NCBI GenBank assembly: GCA_020137815.1 | Contig: CM035354.1 | Coordinates: 6,510,001 to 6,574,000, forward strand | Length of the DNA stretch: 64,000 bases | Origin: Hormiphora californensis | Taxonomy: Eukaryota > Animalia > Ctenophora | Reading direction: 5' to 3' | Part shown: in pieces, positions 24,383 to 53,952 of the stretch | Layout of the letters: each line of letters starts with the position of its first letter | Position numbering within the stretch: position 1 is the first letter of the stretch | Made by a program: the position numbers and the translations under genes | The notes under the pieces: model-generated | Databases searched by the model: none | The model's input: the letters and a program-made list of their open reading frames with translations, nothing else | Told to the model about the DNA's origin: nothing

Positions 24383-24991
24383 CTTGATTTTCGCGTGGGT
24401 TCTTTTTGCGCGTACCAAATACTCCCGCGCAACTAGCAAGTACTGGTTTTAACAATTTGGTTACCGCGCGCTACATGAACGTACAGAGCGAGTGTTGAGA
24501 TACAACTCCCGTTGGCGGCCGTTGTTGTTTCTCTCGCACCAAAGATTGAAGCGACAATTGATCATCGCTATTTGCTACCGTCCCAGGCCACTGCACTGTG
24601 TAACCACCGATAAATCAATGTTTGTATCAAATTTAAATACGAGTAATTTTGTCGAGTTAATAGAATTATGCTCATAACAACAATATTAATCACATTACTA
24701 AAAGAAAGAGATGTCAGATGGGCGAAGAAGTATTAGTTTTTTATCATGGTCAACATTTAAAATGAGTACGGAAAACAATGAAAGTTCAAATATTTCAAAC
24801 ACTCATTCAAGGGCTTCGCCAACACAGGAATAATCCCGTTATGACAGGCGACACCCAGAGTCCTACACACACGGTTGTTCTCTCCTTGTGCCACATTGAA
24901 CTGTTGCCGTCCACCCCACAGGCCAGTTGGCATCTGCATCGTTACACCTGGAGAAGAAACTTATTAGCCAGGCACGGTCAGCAGTCCGTCT

Positions 24992-25064
<73 letters not shown>

Positions 25065-25523
25065 ATTTTCTCTCTCTCACTCTCTCCTTCTCTCTCTCTC
25101 CTTCTCTCTCTCACTCTCTGTATGATGTAATGTATTATATCTGTTTATTACCTGGAGGTAGAATATCTGTTATAAGGAACCCTTTATCCACAAGTATTTG
25201 ATCTCCAGGTTGGAACTGCGTTAAAATTCCTGTCGCCTCCACTATCTGTTTATCGGTTGACCCCCAGGGTTAGTCGGACTGATATAGGTAATTGCACCGC
25301 ATGGTGCTATTACTACCAAGAATTTCATCGTGTGATGACCTGCAGAGGGGGTGAACGATTAATTTTTTAACCGTAGCTCCACCCATAACATAACAATTGG
25401 ATAGGGATTTCAATGTCATTTTTGAAGAAGGGGTCTTGCAAAAATATGTGACCCTAGTTTTACAACTAAAATACAAAGAGATTCGCTCAACGTCCCTTCA
25501 GCCCTTCCCACCCCCCCCCCTAC

Positions 25524-25567
<44 letters not shown>

Positions 25568-25728
25568 CGAACGCGTGGATAAGTAAGGAAATTAGAGATT
25601 AGAAGAGTTTAATCTCTTATCAGTGCACTACAGTAGAAAGATTTGCGGGAATCGCCCCCCCCAAAGATGTTAAACTCGGAAGATAAGATAAAGAAAAAGG
25701 AACAGATTAGATTGAGATAACAAAGCAA

Positions 25729-25816
<88 letters not shown>

Positions 25817-25977
25817 AGACGATGCTGGCGGGGAGGGAAGATAACAGTTGAGTGATTAAACAGTTGCAACAAACTCCAAGTTAGCACACGCCACAAAGTG
25901 ATACTGATAATAATATGGGGACCTATGAAGAACGATCCGTAACCCAATTGTACAGAACCCAGAACCCACATAGGATC

Positions 25978-26139
25978 GGTCGAACGTTTCAGGGTTTTAC
26001 CCCTTCTTCAGCTCAAATTAATTTGATTAAGTGGCGTTGAAACGTTTGAAAAAGTGCTGAAAAGTTTGAAACTTTTCAACACTACTTTAAACAAACTAAT
26101 TTGGGCTGAAGAAGGGGCAAAACCCTGAAACCCTCAACC
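25978..26139. mobile_element. Degenerate MITE-like inverted repeat
   Basis: GTTTCAGGGTTTTACCCCTTCTTCAGCTCAAATTA versus TAATTTGGGCTGAAGAAGGGGCAAAACCCTGAAAC. Confidence 0.65.
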
Positions 26140-26398
26140 AAATCAGTGTTTCGACCTGTCTGAACTCAGAACTGTAATGACCTGTCCCCCGCTAGAAAAA
26201 TCAATAAACACAACTAAATAGTATCAGCAGGAACATACCACCCATTTGCTCGTACAGATCTTCATAAAAATAAATTTAAGTATAAGTATAAGTGTACGTA
26301 GTCTAGTAGTAGGACAGAGAGAGGGACAGGGAGAGAGAGAGAGGGACAGAGAGAGAGAGAGAGAGAGGGGGAGAGAGATAGAGAGAGAGGGACAGAGA

Positions 26399-26452
<54 letters not shown>

Positions 26453-26561
26453 TGACATACCTCGGTGAAATCAAATATGGCCCTTGTGTTTGCGTAGTTT
26501 CTTCTGAATAAATCCGGAGACGTTTCTTTACAACGGGCAAGTGACAGTAGGGTTCCAGAAA

Positions 26562-26716
26562 TAAAGTCGGATTTTTTGAAGTTGTCACCCCAAAATGACC
26601 GCGCATGTGAAATTTATCAATTTTGACGTGCACACCACACGTTAACATGTGATGTGACGCGCAAAAACATTCCGCGCACGAAAAGGGGGGTGACAACTTC
26701 AAAAAATCCGACTTTA
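26562..26716. mobile_element. MITE with 29-bp perfect TIRs
   Basis: TAAAGTCGGATTTTTTGAAGTTGTCACCCC ... GGGGTGACAACTTCAAAAAATCCGACTTTA. Confidence 0.8.
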
Positions 26717-27467
26717 ATAGATGACAACTTCCAGTCAAGGATTTGGAGCCAGGTTTGCCAAGTGCTCGCTATTTGTGCATCTGACACCAATTACAATGGC
26801 AACAACATCGATAACTAAGAAAACTGGGTTATTATTTATTGTCTCCCGGTAAATCAGGGTCCAACTGTAGCATCCGGAGAACACCCGTCGCCCAATATCA
26901 TAATAATATCTTTCGCTTTCCTTCAAAACCGGGCCGTTTGAAAATTACAGTCGAAGTACATCTTTGATGGGCTATATCTTACTATCATAGGTAGGCTATA
27001 TATACTTATAGCTGTGTATGTACCCAGATTGTAATCTATCTAGCTAGGGCCTAGGCCTGAGGCCTTGAGAGTTTGAATTGAACGCTTTTCTCAAATCTTT
27101 AGTAGCTTTTCCACTTTAAAAAAAATTAAAAAAACCCTATTTTTAGAGCGCACTGAATATTAAAAATTTAGCAGCGTTGTTACCATATTTTTTAGCCGCA
27201 GCGCGTAAAACACTCATGATTGCAGTGAAAACACCAAAACGCGCAGCACGCGCCGCTCTGGGTGTAATGACTGAGTAAAGACTGTGTAAACGCTGTGTAA
27301 CTTCTGAACTTTTTTAGGGATCCCTATCAAGTCACGCCCACCAATCACAGCTCAGAACGCGCGGAGTGCTTCGCGCGTTCTGCGCTGTGATTGGTGGGCG
27401 TGACTTGATTGTGCATGACTTGAACATTTCCGAGGGGCCTCATAATCTGGGTGCCTTGCAGCGTGTA

Positions 27468-29118
27468 CGGTGGCAGATTCCGGCCAAGTGTTTTTTCAAT
27501 CAAGTGAAATATTTTTGTTTGAAGTTTTATAAAAATTTTATTTCAAAATAAAAATAAACATGGTCGTTAAAATTATTGGCCGGAATCTGCCGACTGCCAC
27601 GCGGGTGGCAGATTCCGGCTAAGATTCTCAAAAAACCTTGGACAGAACCTGCCACACACGTGGCAGATTCTGGCCAACCAACTAAAACTTGTTTATATCA
27701 AAGCGAAAACAACTGTACCCGACTAATTTTGATACGCTGAATCACGTAAGCAACTTTTCCAATCCCTCAGAGGTCGGAAAAGTGTCATAATTGACCATAA
27801 TTGGGTCTAATTGATCCCACTTACAACTTTTTACCTTAAAACGATAGACGCTTATGTGAAGGCACTTTTCCGACTAATTTTGATACGCTGAATCACGTAA
27901 GCAACTTTTCCAAGTCCTCCGAGGTCGGGAAAATGCCTTAATTGGGTATAATTGGGTATAATTAGCCTTAATTGCTCAATTGGGGCACTTTGCCGATCTC
28001 TGAGGACTTGGAAAAGTTGCTTACGTGATTCAGCGTATCAAAATTAGTCGGAAAAGTGCCTTCACATAAGCGTCTATCGTTTTAAGGTGAAAAGTTGTAA
28101 GTGGGGTCAATTAGACCCAATTATGGTCAATTATGACACTTTCCCGACGGTGGCAGATTCCGGCCAAGAGTTTTTTCAATCAAGTGAAATATTTTTGTTT
28201 GAAGTTTTATAAAAATTTTATTTCAAAATAAAAATAAACATGTCGTTAAAATTATTGGCCGGAATCTGCCACGCGGGTGGCAGATTCCGGCCAAGATTCT
28301 CAAAAAACCTTGGCCAGAATCTGCCACACACGTGGCAGATTCTGGCCAACCAACTAAAACTTGATAATATCAAAGCGAAAACCACTGTACCCGACTAATT
28401 TTGATACGCTGAATCACGTAAGATACTTTTCCAATCCCTCAGAGGTCGGGAAAGTGTCATAATTGACCATAATTGGGTCTAATTCACCCCACTTACAACT
28501 TTTCGCCTTAAAACGATAGACGCTTATGTGAAGGCACTTTTCCGACTAATTTTGATACGCTGAATCACGTAAGCAACTTTTCGTAAGTCCTCAGAGATCG
28601 GCAAAGTGCCCTAATTGAGCAATTAAGGCTAATTAGACCCAATTATACCCAATTAAGGCATTTTCCCGACCTCGGAGGACTTGGAAAAGTTGCTTACGTG
28701 ATTCAGCGTATCAAAATTAGTCCGAAAAGTGCCTTCACATAAGCGTCTATCGTTTCAAGGTGAAAAGTTGTAAGTGGGGTCAATTAGACCCAATTATGGT
28801 CAATTATGACACTTTTCCGACCTCTGAGGGATTGGAAAAGTATCTTACGTGATTCAGCGTATCAAAATTAGTCGGGTACAGTGGTTTTCGCTTTGATATA
28901 AACAAGTTTTAGTTGGTTGGCCAGAATCTGCCACGTGTGTGGCAGATTCTGGCCAAGGTTTTTTGAGAATCTTGGCCGGAATCTGCCACCCGCGTGGCAG
29001 ATTCCGGCCAATAATTTTAACGACATGTTTATTTTTATTTTGAAATAAAATTTTTATAAAACATTAAACAAAAATATTTCACTTGATTGAAAAAACACTT
29101 GGCCGGAATCTGCCACCG
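27468..29118. mobile_element. Composite foldback element: truncated copy (27468-28147) plus complete ~970-bp palindromic copy (28148-29118), TA flanks
   Basis: TIR CGGTGGCAGATTCCGGCCAAG at 27468 and 28148, reverse complement ending 29118; internal subrepeats CCGACTAATTTTGATACGCTGAATCACGTAAG. Confidence 0.88.
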
Positions 29119-29962
29119 TAGATGACTGATAGAGAATCGATAGCCCTAACCCCAACCCAAACCCCAACCCTAACCCGACCCTAACAACAGCCCTAACCCG
29201 TCTCGACTGCCAAAATCGATGAATTGTTAGCAATGGAAGGCACCCAGATTTTAACGTTTTCCCAAGTTGGCCAGCGTTATTAAGTTATTTTTCTGCACAA
29301 CCCACACAGGGACCATATTGATGACTTGATTCACACCTCACCGTGTCTAGTGGCTGCTCTGCACCGTTTCACCCCTGAGGTCCCTAGTGGGTTGTGTAGT
29401 ATATAGTTGGCCAGCGTTAAAATCTGGGTGTTTTGGGAGTGCTGACAAACGGTTTTTTAGGGCTAGGGCTAAAGTAGGGTTAGGGTTAGGGTTTGGGTTT
29501 GGGTTGGGGTTAGGCCTTGACATTCCCTACCAGATAAACTTTGAATCAACCAAAACGGTTGAGTGGTTTGGCGGTTAGTGCCATTTTAGTGAATCAACTT
29601 TTTTGGCAGCGCGCACCAAGCGCGTAAACAGGCCACCAAACACCCAGATCGTAACGGCGCCCGGACAAGTTTTCTAGCTCGAATCTCGATTGACGATTCT
29701 TCTGTTTCCCCTTGTTTTACCAACTAAGCGTGTTTTGACAGCCATTGACATGATACGCGGACTGCATGCACCGTAGGCCAAGTCTCTTGCCAGTTGCCAC
29801 CTCGATCCATGAGAAAACGCGGTCTGCACCTCGTGAACTTTTTAGACCAATCATGAATCACTTTGCGGTTCCTCAAGGCTCATATAATATAATTTTACTG
29901 CTTGCCAAATGCCAATGTTTTTCACCTTTAATTGATGTTTGTCACAAACGAAATGTTTCAGG

Positions 29963-31774
29963 ATGACGTTTTCAGTAGAGGTCAAGAGCGGTGGACTGGT
30001 GCCAGAGGTTTTACCCATTCAACCGTACGGCAAGTCCTTCTTTAAGTATGTCTGTGAGCGGTTCCACATCATAGACAGCTCTAAAGAAACTGAATCTGAT
30101 GAGGAAGTTGAGCATTTGGCTGATTCAGATATTGTCATTGACCTCAAGTACATCAAGAGCCTGGCTGCCACGGAATGGAAGGATCAGGACCATTACAGAG
30201 TCCTGGGTATACCAAACCTTCGAGTTCAGAGCTCCACCAAGGATGTCAAGAAAGCGTACAGGTTTATGGTCCTCAAGTGCCACCCTGACAAAAGCAAGGG
30301 AAACACTAAGGTCAACGAAGAGGCATTCACCTGCATCCAAAAAGCATACGAGCAGTTGTGTACTATCGAGGGTAAAAGGGCATACGACAGTATTGATCCC
30401 TTCTTTGATGATGATGTCCCCAATGTCACTGAATACAACAAACAGAACTTCTTCAAAGTTTACGGACCTGTGATCGAGAGAAATGCTCAATGGTCATGTA
30501 ACAAGAATATCCCTCGCTTGGGAACTGATGCCGACAGTATCGAGAAGGTGAACGAGTTTTACAATCTCTGGTTTGATTTCAACAGCTGGAGAGAGTACTC
30601 TTACTTGGATGAGGAGGAGCGGGACAAGGCTGAGTGCAAGGAAGAGAGACGGTACATCGACAAAGCGAACAAGCAGGAGAGAGCTAAGAGAAAGAAGGAG
30701 GAGATGACCCGGATTCGAGAATTGGTGAACAACTGCTATGCCTGTGATCCCAGAATTAAGCAGTTCAACGAGGAGAGGAAGAAGCGAAAACAGGAGACGA
30801 AACAGGCCAAACAGGAAGCATATCGTCAGGAACAGGAAGCCATTCGTCTGAGAAAAGAGGAGGAGGAGAGGATCAAAAAGGAACAAGAGGAGCAAAGACA
30901 GAAGGAAGCAAAAGAGAAGGCAGAAGCGGAGAAGAAGGAGCGACAAAAGCAAAATAAGCTGTTAAAGGTTGAAAGAAAGAAGCTGAGAGAGAACGTGAAG
31001 GGTCAGAATTACTTCTGTGCTCCTGATTCTAATAACATCGTACAGGCTATGGAGAATCTTGAATTGCTCCTTCTAGGCCTCAGTTTGGACGATATGAAGA
31101 GCCTGAATGGACTGACTGGTGACGTACCGGCATTGACCACCAAGTACACCTCTCTCCTTGATGCACAACTAAAGGAACAAGAGAACAAGAAACGGGAGAA
31201 CCTGGTTAAAGCAAAACAAAGCCAAGAGGAGCACAAAGAGCAGACTCAAAACTCAGACAAGTTCACCACTCCGGATATTGCCCTGCTGGTTAAAGCCGTG
31301 AAGATATTTCCTCCTGGTACAGTTAACAGATGGAACACAATAGCTGACTACCTCAACCAACACAGCACTGTAACCCGTAATTACGATAATCAGGACGTCA
31401 TCAAAAAAGTGAAAAAGCTGCAAAGTGGGGAAGATGCCGATCTGAAGAGTAAGGTGAACGCTCAAGCATACGAAAACTTTGAGAAGTCCCAAAAACAGCG
31501 AATAGACGAGGTTCAGGCAGGTGGAGGTATCAGTAACAGAGATAACGTTAACTCATCGCTGAAAACAGAACCAGAAGCCCCCAAAAACAAGGGACCATGG
31601 ACACCCGAGGAACAGAAACTGTTGGAGGAGGCCCTCAAGAAATATCCCGCTGCAGCAGGACCAGAAAGATGGGATAACATCGCCGCACATGTGGCAACCC
31701 GGTCTAAAAAGATGTGTATGAAACGATACAAGGACTTGGTTGAACAAATTAAAGCGAAAAAGGCAAAGCAATAA
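29963..31774 (+). CDS. DNAJC2: DnaJ homolog subfamily C member 2 (zuotin/MPP11/ZRF1), intronless
   Basis: WKDQDHYRVLG, J-domain HPD (CHPDK), zuotin region FNSWREYSYLDEE, charged region, two SANT domains (FPPGTVNRW; PWTPEEQKLLEEALKKYP...ERWDNIA). Confidence 0.95.
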   Translation: MTFSVEVKSGGLVPEVLPIQPYGKSFFKYVCERFHIIDSSKETESDEEVEHLADSDIVIDLKYIKSLAATEWKDQDHYRVLGIPNLRVQSSTKDVKKAYRFMVLKCHPDKSKGNTKVNEEAFTCIQKAYEQLCTIEGKRAYDSIDPFFDDDVPNVTEYNKQNFFKVYGPVIERNAQWSCNKNIPRLGTDADSIEKVNEFYNLWFDFNSWREYSYLDEEERDKAECKEERRYIDKANKQERAKRKKEEMTRIRELVNNCYACDPRIKQFNEERKKRKQETKQAKQEAYRQEQEAIRLRKEEEERIKKEQEEQRQKEAKEKAEAEKKERQKQNKLLKVERKKLRENVKGQNYFCAPDSNNIVQAMENLELLLLGLSLDDMKSLNGLTGDVPALTTKYTSLLDAQLKEQENKKRENLVKAKQSQEEHKEQTQNSDKFTTPDIALLVKAVKIFPPGTVNRWNTIADYLNQHSTVTRNYDNQDVIKKVKKLQSGEDADLKSKVNAQAYENFEKSQKQRIDEVQAGGGISNRDNVNSSLKTEPEAPKNKGPWTPEEQKLLEEALKKYPAAAGPERWDNIAAHVATRSKKMCMKRYKDLVEQIKAKKAKQ

Positions 31775-31994
31775 TGTGAAAGTTTAGTTTTGTATTTTGT
31801 TATTTGGGAATTCTTATTCATTCGACGATGTGTATACTATCTTGCATCAAATCCCTGGCCCGATCCCCTGATCACCTTTCCAGGAACTTCCCTGGCCCTA
31901 GTCCCTAAATTCCCTATTCCCCCATTTCTATCCCCTTTTAACACCCTCTTTTCCTATTATATAGCCATGCTAGCTCGGGCTCCCCATCGGTGAG

Positions 31995-33987
31995 ATGAAG
32001 CAGAGCGGGGAGGATTTTTACATCCTCTACCAGCTAATGGCCAGCCAGCTTAGCGCCGTGGGGATGCCCCATCTTGGGCAAAAGTTGGTACCTCGGGGTG
32101 GAGAGCTTCCCCCGCCCTCTCACTGGCTGATGCATCTTGTTATGGTGGGGAGGGACGTTCTCGGGATTACGGGATTTAACTTTTTCGATGGTCCCGTTAC
32201 CCCTCACAGCTCCTTTATCAATTCACTTGACCCCAACTACAACTATCTCTATCAGGTAACTGGTAAGATAAAAACCTTTGTGTGGCTCACACCGTCATTT
32301 TATTTCACAAGCGAGCGTGCTCTGTTAGCGTTTGGGAGATCCAAACAAATTATATCTTCTAACTTCATCTCCCCTCCAACAGATTGACGCCTCTCCCAAG
32401 ACCAGCCTTCAAGCAGAACCCCAGGATTACAATACCGCTTCCTCCTCAACCACAATAGTGGCTGGTTCAAGTGTAGCTGAACTTCAGAACAAGTCAGTAG
32501 AGGAAGATTTCACAACTGAACTAACCACCCACCAGGGAACAGCTGGACCAGACTCCTCTCTCGACACGGTTATACAAACACTGAACAGCCAGCTGGATGA
32601 GATTAACAGCGAGATCGAGGTTGAAATATCAAAATTCATCGAACCTACTGCAGCTGCTCCAGATCCAGATCCAGCACCTGAACCAGCATCTTGCGAACAA
32701 CCTGCCTCATCAGGTCATCCCATTTCACCTACTCCAGAGTCTCCTGTTCCAACCTCAGCTGATGAGCTGGCAACGACCCAACTTCTGGACGAACTTTACC
32801 CGCCTCCCCCTCCTGATCCCCAACTAGACGTGCCCTCCCCGAGAGGTCTTACCATTGAGGAGCTGGAGCCGATTAACTCTCCAAAAGGGAAGCGACCCCG
32901 GAAAACAGCGCCCCGGAAGTCTCGAGCCAAGAAACCGGCAACAGAAAAACCAGGACCATCATCGGGTGAGAAACCTAAAAAGAGCCGGAAAAAGAGAGCA
33001 CCACCACCTGTGTCCATGATATCCCTCGACGAACAAAGCCTCGCTAAACGGATGGTAGTGAACGCTGCCAGTACCTCAGGGGAGGAACCCCCAGTAAACT
33101 CAAAGTTATTATCTGAACTGCAGCGGTTATTGACCCAGAACAACATCCGGTCAGCGCTACAAAGTGAGAGAATGAGGGAAACACGGCCATCTCTTGAATC
33201 CCCGCCCTACATCAGACCGCCTCAGGATGACCGCTCTATGGACAGCACACGATTCACACTGGAAAAGTCTCAAATGTTTTCCTGTCTCCAATGTAATAAG
33301 GAGTTCAAGACAAAGCAGTGTTTAAAACGGCACATCAGTCGTCATTTGGGTCTGAAACTGCATGCTTGCAGCTACTGTAAGAAGCGGTTCAATGATAAAA
33401 CTAATATGATGCGTCATGTACAGACTCACTTGGAACTTAGGAAATTTGTTTGTGACGTGTGTGATAAGTCGTTTCTTAGGAAGGAGACATTGCAGAATCA
33501 CAAGGCACGGATACACGAAAAGGCGGTTATGAAGTGTAAATTTAAAAACTGTGATTTTACCTGTAAGATGAACTCCCAACTAGTAGACCACATTCAGGCG
33601 ATACACTTTCGAAATTACAGGTACGAGTGTGAGAAGTGTGGCTATAAAACACAACAGAAGGGCAACTATGTGAAACATATGAGGGTTCACACAGACGACA
33701 GGCCCTACAAATGTCAGAAATGTGGTAAGGGGTTCAAACAGCAGAATGCCCTTAAAACTCACATGGCCGTCCATATTCACAGACCATTCAAGTGTGAGAT
33801 TTGTCTTAAGACGTTCTTCCTGGAGATGGCTCTGAAGGTTCACTATGAAAATAATCACGGTCCCCGGGCAGCTCAGAAGAAACTTCAGGAGAAAAAGAAG
33901 AGGGAAATATTGAAAAAGTACCGGGCACAAAGAAGTGCTCATTCGAAAAACTTAACTTTTGTTAATGTTATGTCTAAAAAGTTGTGA
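31995..33987 (+). CDS. C2H2 zinc-finger protein (7 fingers) with N-terminal CSTF1-dimerisation-like domain
   Basis: Exon 1 31995-32255 (87 codons, phase 0, CAG|GTAACT) splices in frame to exon 2 32383-33987; seven CxxC..HxxxH fingers; HTDDRPY linker. Confidence 0.85.
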
Positions 33988-34145
33988 GATTTATCATAGA
34001 GGGATTCAGATGTATTATTTTTGAAGAGTTGTTATATATTAATTTTAATTTCAAACACTTTACATTTTGTCACACTGAAATGTTGTCCAGTTTTCTGCGT
34101 TTATCTATCCATTATCCGTCACTCTCTCTATGTATAGGTATAGCT

Positions 34146-40125
<5,980 letters not shown>

Positions 40126-42612
40126 AAAAAAAGGGGTTTGAGGGAAAATTTGTGGGCCGCCGGGTTTGAAGGGGAAAATCTTTAACCAGAGCCCCAATCA
40201 CCCCGTGACCTACCCGTGATTTCTTTGTGAAAGTGTGATTGTTAAAGAGTTTTTTGGTTGGAAGCAAAGAAATAACTAGTTTCCCTAGTGCAAAACCAGT
40301 TAATTTTTTTTGTAAAATTTTTTTTTTTAAATTTTTTTCAACCACCCTCCCCAAAAACAAATTTTTTTTCGGAATTTTTCCCCACTAAAAAACCCGGAAA
40401 CCATAATCAACTGAATGTGGCCCATTTTTGGGGGTGGAAAAGTTGGAAATCCCCTTTTTTGGCCTTTCCTCAGTCTCCCCCCTTCTCTCCTTTTTCCCCT
40501 TCAGTTTTTCTTTTCTCTGGGCCCGGAGTGCCCCCTTTTTTCTCCCCTCTCCTTGACAAGCTTTAGTTTAACACAGGGCTCCCGGGGCCCTAATGGCTCG
40601 TCCTCCCGTTAATTGGTTAACGTTGCATGTTCAAAAAGAAGAGAGAAAAGAGAGAGAGATAGGGGGAAGAGCGGAAAAGGAGAAAAGGAGATAAGCGGGG
40701 GGGGGTTTTATGGGGTGGGGCGGGGGCCTAGAGGGGGGGGCTCCCCTCTTTTGGGGCCCGTTAAACTTGGGGGGGGTACCTCGCTTTTGGGTCCCCGGGC
40801 CTTGGGGGGGGGCTGGGGGGGGCGGGGGGGGTCGGGGGGGGGCCTCGGGGGCGGGGGGGGGGGCGCTCGCCCCAAAATGACCCGCGGCCGGGATCCCCCT
40901 TTTGGGGGTTTTGGGGGGCGGTAATTTGGGGGGGGGGTCCGAGGAGAGGAAGGAAAGGGAAGAAAGAAAGGGGGGGATTATAAAAAGCACTTCGGGCGAC
41001 CCTTTGGTCCGAGTGGGGCCGGGGGGTAGGGGGGAAGTTTTCCCCCGGATAGTGAATAAAACCCCCGTCCCTCCCAAGGAGGGAATGAAAGAAGAGGGGG
41101 GATGGGCCCAAAAAATTATTACGGGGAATTGAAAAACGGAAAGGGGGTTATGTGGTTTTGGGTGCGGTTTTTTTTTAGTGCATAATTTTTAATTTTCATC
41201 GAAGAAACTTGAAATTCATGGCCCAAATTCATCCCTCATGAATGAAAATCACTCCCCACCGTCTCCAAAAAGTTGCATTTAAAGTGATCTGCCCATTTGA
41301 ATTAAACCATTCTTTTTCCACTGCACTGATGACCCATAAAAAACAAAATTTTCTAAACACTGACCGTCCCTTCCTTTGGGAACTTTTAGACACCCCCCTT
41401 GACCTGTGTTGAATAAAAATATTTGAGTAGGACAGCAATTTGAAATCTTTTCCCCTTTCTTGGGGTTCCCTAGCAACATGTTTTGTGAATTTGAGAAAAA
41501 ATAAGAAAGAATATCACATTTAAAATGATTCAAATTGGGGCCCATGCTTATAAAAAAAACTATGGGAAGTTGTTTCCTAATGACGTATTAAAATCACAGC
41601 AAAAATCTGATAAAAACCCCCCTTCTGGGATTTGACAAAACTATTGGGAGCCCCCCCCAAACCCATGTGCCCCTAGGCTAGGGCCCCCTACCCCCCCCAA
41701 CCAAACATTTTTCCCCTCCTTTCCCGGGCCACCAAGTTTTTGGCCCTTTTTGGTATTTTTCCCCCAAAAAAAAACAATGGGGTTTCCCATAAAATTTTGG
41801 GGGACTTTTCCCCTCAAATTTAAATTAGTGGGAATTAAACTTACATTCACCATTTTTTTCCCAGTCAAAAACTTTAAAGTTTTTTTTTATATTATAAACG
41901 TATTTAAAAAATTGGCCATGCCCAAAAACATCCCGGAAATTTTTCCCACATTTTAAATCCTAAACGGAATGGCATGGGATCTCTCCCCTTTTTTTTTCCC
42001 CTTCCTAATACAAAAAATGGGGGGAGGGGTGCGTGTTTTTTAAAATAAAAATCAATGGGGGTTTTTTTGAGGGGTTAGGTGCCCAATGAGGGGTCCCGGC
42101 AGAGGGTGCAAATGTCGGGGGAAAGGAATGAGAGGAGTGAAAAAGGGAAGCATTTTTCAGTCTCATGTTTCCTAAAGACACACTCATCAAGGAACAAAGT
42201 GTATGTGGATTTTATAAAATTGGTGTGAAATTGAGAGAGACGTGGACCAGACTTGATTCCCGTCGCGAGGATGAATTGATGATGATGATGATGTCAAGGA
42301 TGTGTGGTAATATCATTATGTGGTGATGAATATATAATTGACCCGCCGCTTGTTTACTAAAACTCGAAATTCACACACATACATCACACACACAGACACA
42401 CGCAGCTGCATATATAGTGTGGGGAGCCGATATATAAACTGTCTCTCGACACACAAATACACACACTCGAGGGTGAGCTAGCACAAACCCCTGGCTTTTA
42501 ATCCATGCCTGGGCCGGCTACTACCTCTCTAGCATTGTATGTGTGGGGTGCGTGTGACGTTGTGTATGGCGTGAAGCAAATCCTCTCTATCGTATCTCTC
42601 TCTCTCAAGTAT

Positions 42613-53952
<11,340 letters not shown>

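Noticed and set aside
30125-31821. Antisense ORFs over DNAJC2 (also over Vav and the zinc-finger gene)
   Set aside because: Shadow frames of strong coding sequence, with no independent features.
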